Of a stretch of 64,000 bases of DNA, positions 51,501 to 58,318 are shown piece by piece. How positions within the stretch are numbered: position 1 is the first letter of the stretch; each line of letters opens with the position of its first letter. The DNA comes from Eledone cirrhosa (Eukaryota), in assembly GCA_964016885.1 (NCBI GenBank), contig OZ024741.1, positions 182,776,001 through 182,840,000 on the forward strand, given 5' to 3'. The notes under the pieces are model-generated. The model saw only the letters and a list, made by a program, of their open reading frames with translations, was not told where the DNA came from and did not search any database. The position numbers and the translations under genes are program-made.

Positions 51501-54500
51501 ACCAGAAACAGGAGGTATTCAAGATTGCGAGGCAGTGTGTCAGAGATAGTTGTGATGTCATTGGAGAGAAGTGTATCCGGAATGATAAAGGTGAGCTTGC
51601 CCTCACAAGTGCTGAGAAGAAAGATGCATGGAAGAGTCATTATGATAGATTACTAAATGAGGAGAATGCATGGGAAGAAGAGACCCTACCCCACGAAGAC
51701 CCTATAGAGGGACCAGCAGTACAAGTCAGCGGCAGCGTAGTAAGTAAGGCAATCAGAGATATGAAGATAGGGAAGGCAACCGGTCCATCGAGTATAGCTG
51801 CCGAGATGCTGAAGGCATCTGGGTCTGTAGGTCACACTATAACCACACGTATCGTTAACCAGGTAATACTAGAGGGGGCCATACCAAAAGATTGGTGCAG
51901 TAGCATCATTGTCAACTGCTACAAAGGTAAAGGCGATGCACTAGATAGAGGAAACTATAGAGGTATAAAGTTGATGGACCAGGTCATGAAAGTAACAGAA
52001 AGAGTTATAGCACAGCTGATTAGGGACCGGGTGAATATAGACGAGATGCAATTTGGGTTTGTACCAGGGAAAGGCACCACTGATGCCCTCTTCCTTGTGA
52101 GGCAATTACAGGAAAAGTACCTAGCTAAAAGTAAGCCACTCTACTTGGCATTTGTCGACCTTGAGAAAGCCTTTGACAGAGTTCCACGTGCAGTAATCTG
52201 GTGGGCTCTTAGAAAACTAGGAGTAGATGAATGGCTTGTGAAAGCGGTACAAGCCATGTATAGGGGAGCAGGTCAGCAAAGTTAGGATTGGCAATGAGTA
52301 TAGCGAGGAATTTAGCGTACAGGTTGGGGTCCACCAGGGCTCTGTTCTTAGCCCTCTCCTGTTCATCATAGTCCTGCAGGCAATAACGGAGGAGTTTAAG
52401 ACCGGATGCCCATGGGAACTCCTGTATGCTGATGACCTAGCACTCATAGCTGAATCTATGGTAGAACTAGAGAATAAATTCCAAACCTGGAAGCAGGGAC
52501 TAGAGAGAAAGGGCCTCAAAGTCAACATGACAAAGACTAAGGTCCTTATAAGTAGACGAGAAAACAGAACCCAGATCCCCTCAGGGAAATGGCCTTGCTC
52601 AGTATGTAGGAAAGGTGTAGGTAGGAACTCCATTCTCTGCCCCAAATGCAAACAATGGGTACACAAGAGATGTAGCGGGATCTCAGGAAGCTTAATTAAG
52701 AATGTAGGATTCACATGCAGCAGCTGTGCTGAAACAGCAAGCAAACAGCCACAGGAAACAAGTACCACCAATCTCTGGGAGGGCCCTGTAGAAACAGTAG
52801 ACAGCTTCTGCTACCTAGGTGACCGAATTAGCAACGGAGGTGAGTGCTCAGAAAGTACAATAACTAGGGTAAGAACGGGATGGAAGAAGTTTAGGGAACT
52901 ACTACCACTGCTAGCTGCAAAAGACTTCTCCCTCAGAATGAAAGGCAGACTGTATGATGCGTGTATCTGAACAGCGATGTTGCATGGTAGTGAGACCTGG
53001 GCGCTGAAGGTGGAAGACTTACGTAGATTAGAGAGAAACGAAGCCTGCATGCTCCGATGGATGTGTAACAGTAATATACGTGAACGACAAAGCATAAAGG
53101 AATTGAGAGAGAGACTGAGCATAAGAGGAATCAAATGCTGCGTGCAGGAGAGGCGGTTACGCTGGTATGGACATGTGATGCGTATGAAGGATGACAGCTG
53201 CATAAAAAGGTGCAGAGCACTAGAAGTTGATGGAAACCGCGGAGTGGGGAGACCCAAGATGACTTGGGATGAGGTGATAAAAGCCAACCTTACCCAAATA
53301 CACCTCTCAAAGTCAATGACACACGACCGTGACTTCTGGCGTCACGCAGTAATACAGGGTACCCGACCTCCCATGGGTACATGCTGAAGCATATAAACAA
53401 TATGCCCCCCACCCCCCCCACCCCAAGGTGGTCGTGGAGGTGCCACGGCAAAAAAGCACCCAGCCCACACTGTAAAGTGGACGTGTAGGCGCCACGAAAA
53501 AGCACCCAGCACTCACTGTAAATGAGGTTGGTGTTAGGAAGGGCATCCAGCTGTAGAAATCAAGCCAGATCAGTTCCTGTATGAGCAAGGCATGGTCAGC
53601 CGACCAGACACTGCCCACAACAGGACAACCCGTCTAACCCATGCTAGCGTGGAAGAACGGACGTAAAACGGTGATGATGATGATGATATACATACATACA
53701 TACATACACACACATTCAACACAGACAATTAAGAAGAAAGAAATTGATGTTCATGTAATTCCTTTTCCAGTTTAACTCCGCCAGCTGTCCTTGGCTACTT
53801 TTAGTGCAGTCCACTCTATAACAAGCATTTGGGTCAGATCAACAATCTCAGGAGAACTCCACAGCATGGGTAGGACGGAGATCTGGTCAGAGGACCATGT
53901 TTCACTCATGCAGGGCTGATTTTGACTTGGTTTCTATGGCTGGAAGCCCTTCCTAACGCCAACCACATTTACAGTGATATTTATTTGAAGTGAGGTTATG
54001 TAGAATTAAATTTTTTTCACTGACACTCAATAAACTCCCTACATGATCTAATGCAGTTTATATGGAGTCACTCAATCAGTCAGAAACAGCACCTAAGTTT
54101 CATTGAAAATAATATCCTATCTTAAAAACAGAAGGATACATTGGACAATGAAGACCTAGAAATTATGGCTATACCTTGGAATTAAGGAAGACTATGTAGT
54201 ATGTAACACACTTTCATTAATAGTTTTAGGTACACATAAGTAGGTCTTAAATCGACTGTTACAATCATACTGCAATCCTGGACAGGTTGGCGGACTATGC
54301 CTCACGTAAACATTCCAATTTTTTACAGGTTTTTCTACAGTTGGAGGCCAGTTCAAACATCAACTCTTCTACAGAGTGCACTGGGTGCATTTTATTGTGG
54401 CACCAACACTAAAGAGGTTGTTTAATCCTCAACATGACTAAAGATTTCACTCTGCAAATTAATATTTTACAACAACAAACATCATCATCCATATCACTGT

Positions 54501-55315
54501 ATTCATTATCTTCTTTATCAAAGATGGTATGGAGTGATTTGAGGAAGATTTGGCAAGTATTTCTAGTAGATTAAGTGAGGCTTCTTGGGTAGTTTTTGTT
54601 AGTCAAATAGTTTAGATGGGTTGTCAGATAACTGTATCCCACTCATACATTCCATTTTGGCATGGTTTCTGTGGGTGGATACAGTTCCTAATGCCAACCA
54701 CATCACAGTATCTACCAGGTACATTTCATGTTGACACTCCCACTGCCATCTAAAAGGATTAGACTAAATGCTTTTTATCATGGCACCAGCACTACGACTT
54801 TACAGAGTGGACTAGGTGTATTTTACCATGTATTTTATCACCACTTTACAGTGTGATTTTACTGTAGCACCAGCACTAATCACTTTTCAACACTAGGGCG
54901 CTTATCGTGCCAGGGTAGGAAGGCAATGATGGTAGGGGGAAGTAAAGTTGCTTTCCTAGTAAGGGGATGAGAAAGGGTAGTGACTTTAAAGAGTGACATT
55001 TAACAATATATGTTGTAGTGCACCTATCTTTCCATCCTAGCATGGTTGGAGGAGGAAGTGGGAATTCAGAGAATACATATAAAGATCCCATGGAACATAC
55101 CGGATTATAACCTTCCAAATCCACCAAACTACAGTCAGCCTTCTTTTCAACCAAATACTTGAGTTCCCTCATAATTTCTGGAACAAGTTCGCTCTCCGCT
55201 GCTAAGCTCACTAATGTCCTTCCTGAAAAATAAAATACATATATAACTTCAGAATTAAACATCAGATGATTGACATCTATCAGTCAGCAATTAAAAAAAA
55301 AAAATCAAAATAAAC

Positions 55316-55352
<37 letters not shown>

Positions 55353-58232
55353 TGATAGATTTAGACATAAAGAAAACAAGCTACAGTTAAGGACCTCACA
55401 ATCCAGAGGGCTGAAAATAATTAAAAGGAGAGTTTTCAATTTTGTGAGATCTGATATAATTTTTTAACAAAGTGTTTCCAAGTTTTACTTTAGCTTCAGA
55501 TATCACCAAGTCTACATAATATCACTGAATATAGCCAACATGGGATCCACAATGTCATTGTTCTATTTGCCAGAAATAACAATCAAATCTTTATCAAATC
55601 ATACCATACCATCTTAAATAACAAGAACATATTGGACAATGTAGTTCTAGATACACTAAGAAATGAAATGGTCAAGGCTAGCCTTTGAACATATGTCTGT
55701 ACAAATTGGGATTGACCTGTTGTTAAATAACAACACTATAAAAACTAAATGCTGTTAAAGAAAACAACTAAGAATGAATTAAACAGATATTACTATACTA
55801 GGCACAGAATTGGCTACCCACAGGTGTCAGGCTCACGAGCTGGAATGGCTCTCCAGCGCGTCTCCCTCACTATCTTCCAAGAAAACGCCTTCTCCGTTCT
55901 GTCCGCTGGGGCACCCAGCGCATGGGCCCCCATTTCCTCATAATAGTGAGAGATGGGAAGAGCAGGAGTGACAGAGGCAGTGTCAGTGGGAGTTTGGTTC
56001 TCTTGTGTTTGGAACTTGTGTATATGTAAATGTTTCACAGACACACATGCAAACTGTTATTTTGTAGTGTTGTTGAAGAATAGGTCTTTAGAATTACTCC
56101 ATAGATAACTCTGGCAAGAACATATTAAACCTACCCTCATCAAGATCCTCTTTTAACTACAGTTTAAACCAGATAAAAACCACATTGAAAGTGAGATGTG
56201 TTAACCATCTAAATCATTTGACTAAGAGAAACTACCCAAAAAGCCTCTACATGCCACTTAACCTACTAGAAATCCTAGCCAAATCTCCCTCAAATCACCT
56301 TATACCATCATTAATAAAGAAGTTATTGGATAATGTAGCCATTAGATATACTAGTCTGTGTGTCTGATTAACTGATTAACAATAACTTACCCCGTTCATC
56401 TTTAAAGTTGATGTCTGAATCAGGCTGATTTAACAGATATTCCACCAATCCATAATGACCTTTCAAAAATGCAATACAAACAGGTGTCACCTGCAAAAAA
56501 TAAACATAAAAAGGTTAGATTCTGGCCCAAATTCAGAATAGTGTATAAGAGGAAGACATTGCTAGAAGAATGAGGAGGGATAAAAGACAGAAAGAGAGAA
56601 GGAATTATAAAATGGTGGAGGGAAAAAATACAGAAGGGTTTATCATCATCATCATTGCTTTTACATCTACTTTTTCATGAAAGCAGGAGTTGACCATAAT
56701 TTTCTGAGGCAATCTTTCTATGGGCAGATGCCCTTCCTGATCCCAAACTAAACTTACTTTATTTTTTTAACGTATGGCATATACTGCTCATCTTCATCAA
56801 ACTAGTTAGCTACAGAATGTATTGTATTAGAAATATAAATAACTATTGCTGCATGCTTTAACCCATTCATTATTGTATTATTAATGAAATATAATGAATT
56901 TGAATTAATTAATGAAAATTTAGAAGGATTTACTAAAATGATTAATGATGATGCATGGTGACAGATACATGCATACATACATCATTATACTAAAGTAGAT
57001 AAACACATGATAACTATTTTGGAATTATCAATATTATGAAGAAAGACAAAACAAAGTGAGTTCTTTACTTAGTTTTTAAGTTACAATTTATCTCGCATAA
57101 CCTCATAACATATAAGCAATGTGACAGTTGTTGGTTTTTGTACAGGAAGTTGTATTTATTGCTGCTGCTGCTGCTGCTGCTACTACTACTACGTAATACA
57201 CTGTGATAATTGCTGGCCTTGTGCCAAACGTAGAAACAATTATTAATGCTGCTGTTGCAGGGGTGATGGCAAAAGGGGGTTATAAGTTGTTCCAATTAAG
57301 TATTGACTTGGTCTGTGATGATCCATCCAACCCTTACCAGCAGGAGATTGGACTTTAAATGTTGAGGATGATATAGATGTTTAACCCTTTAGCATTTAAA
57401 CCGGCCATATCCGGCCAGAATTCTCTCACCTCTTTCTGTTCAAACTGGTCATAACCAGCCACTCATACTGATGTTAAGGTATTATTCTCAAAATAAATAA
57501 TATCAAAATCTCATAGATTCGATATTATGTGAGATAATTATGTAAAATAAAGTGTTTACTGTGAAAATACAATAGTATATATAGAGTAATGTAAATGCTA
57601 AAGGGTTAATGATATATGTGTGTGTGTGTATATATATATATAATCATCATTATCCTCATCATCATCATCTAACATCAGCTTTCCCTGTTAGCAAAGGTTG
57701 TACGGGTCTACATAGACTATCAGTACTGAAGAGGAGCTACTGACCTCCCAGTCAGGCCAAGTGGTCTGTATCCTGCTTGTGTACAGTCATATCAAATGCA
57801 GAGAAGTGTCTTTTGACACAAACTGAAGGGTCCTCCTAACCACTTGTTTGGCAAGCTTTCTACAGTTGGATGCTCTTCTTAACACCAACCAATTTACAGT
57901 ATGTACTGGGCGCTTTTATTGTGTAGATCACCAGTACTAGGGAGATTGTAATGTTCTTGGCTCAACTAAAGGGTCCCCCCCAACCTTTTGTTTAGCAATC
58001 TTTCTTATCACTAATCACTTTACAGTGTACTGGATGTGTTCATTGTGTACATCACCAACAGTAAAGAGGTTGTTGTGTCTCTGACACAACTAAAGGGTTC
58101 TCTTAACACTTTTAGGCATGGTTTCAGTAGTGGATACCCTTCCTGTTGTCAACCACCCATGCGGTGTGTACCAGGTGCATTTTTGTAGCATTGGGTTTTT
58201 GGTCATGCTAACGTGGAACATTAAACAGTAAT

Positions 58233-58318
<86 letters not shown>

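Noticed and set aside
50378-52285. Domesticated host gene (CFDP2-like endonuclease) or bacterial retron/group II RT
   Set aside because: Contiguous APE-RT with LINE tail, sibling copies and disabling lesions: an ordinary non-LTR insertion.
709-53618. Many 100-180 aa ORFs antisense to the LINEs
   Set aside because: Shadow frames that recur with each LINE copy and show no independent motifs.
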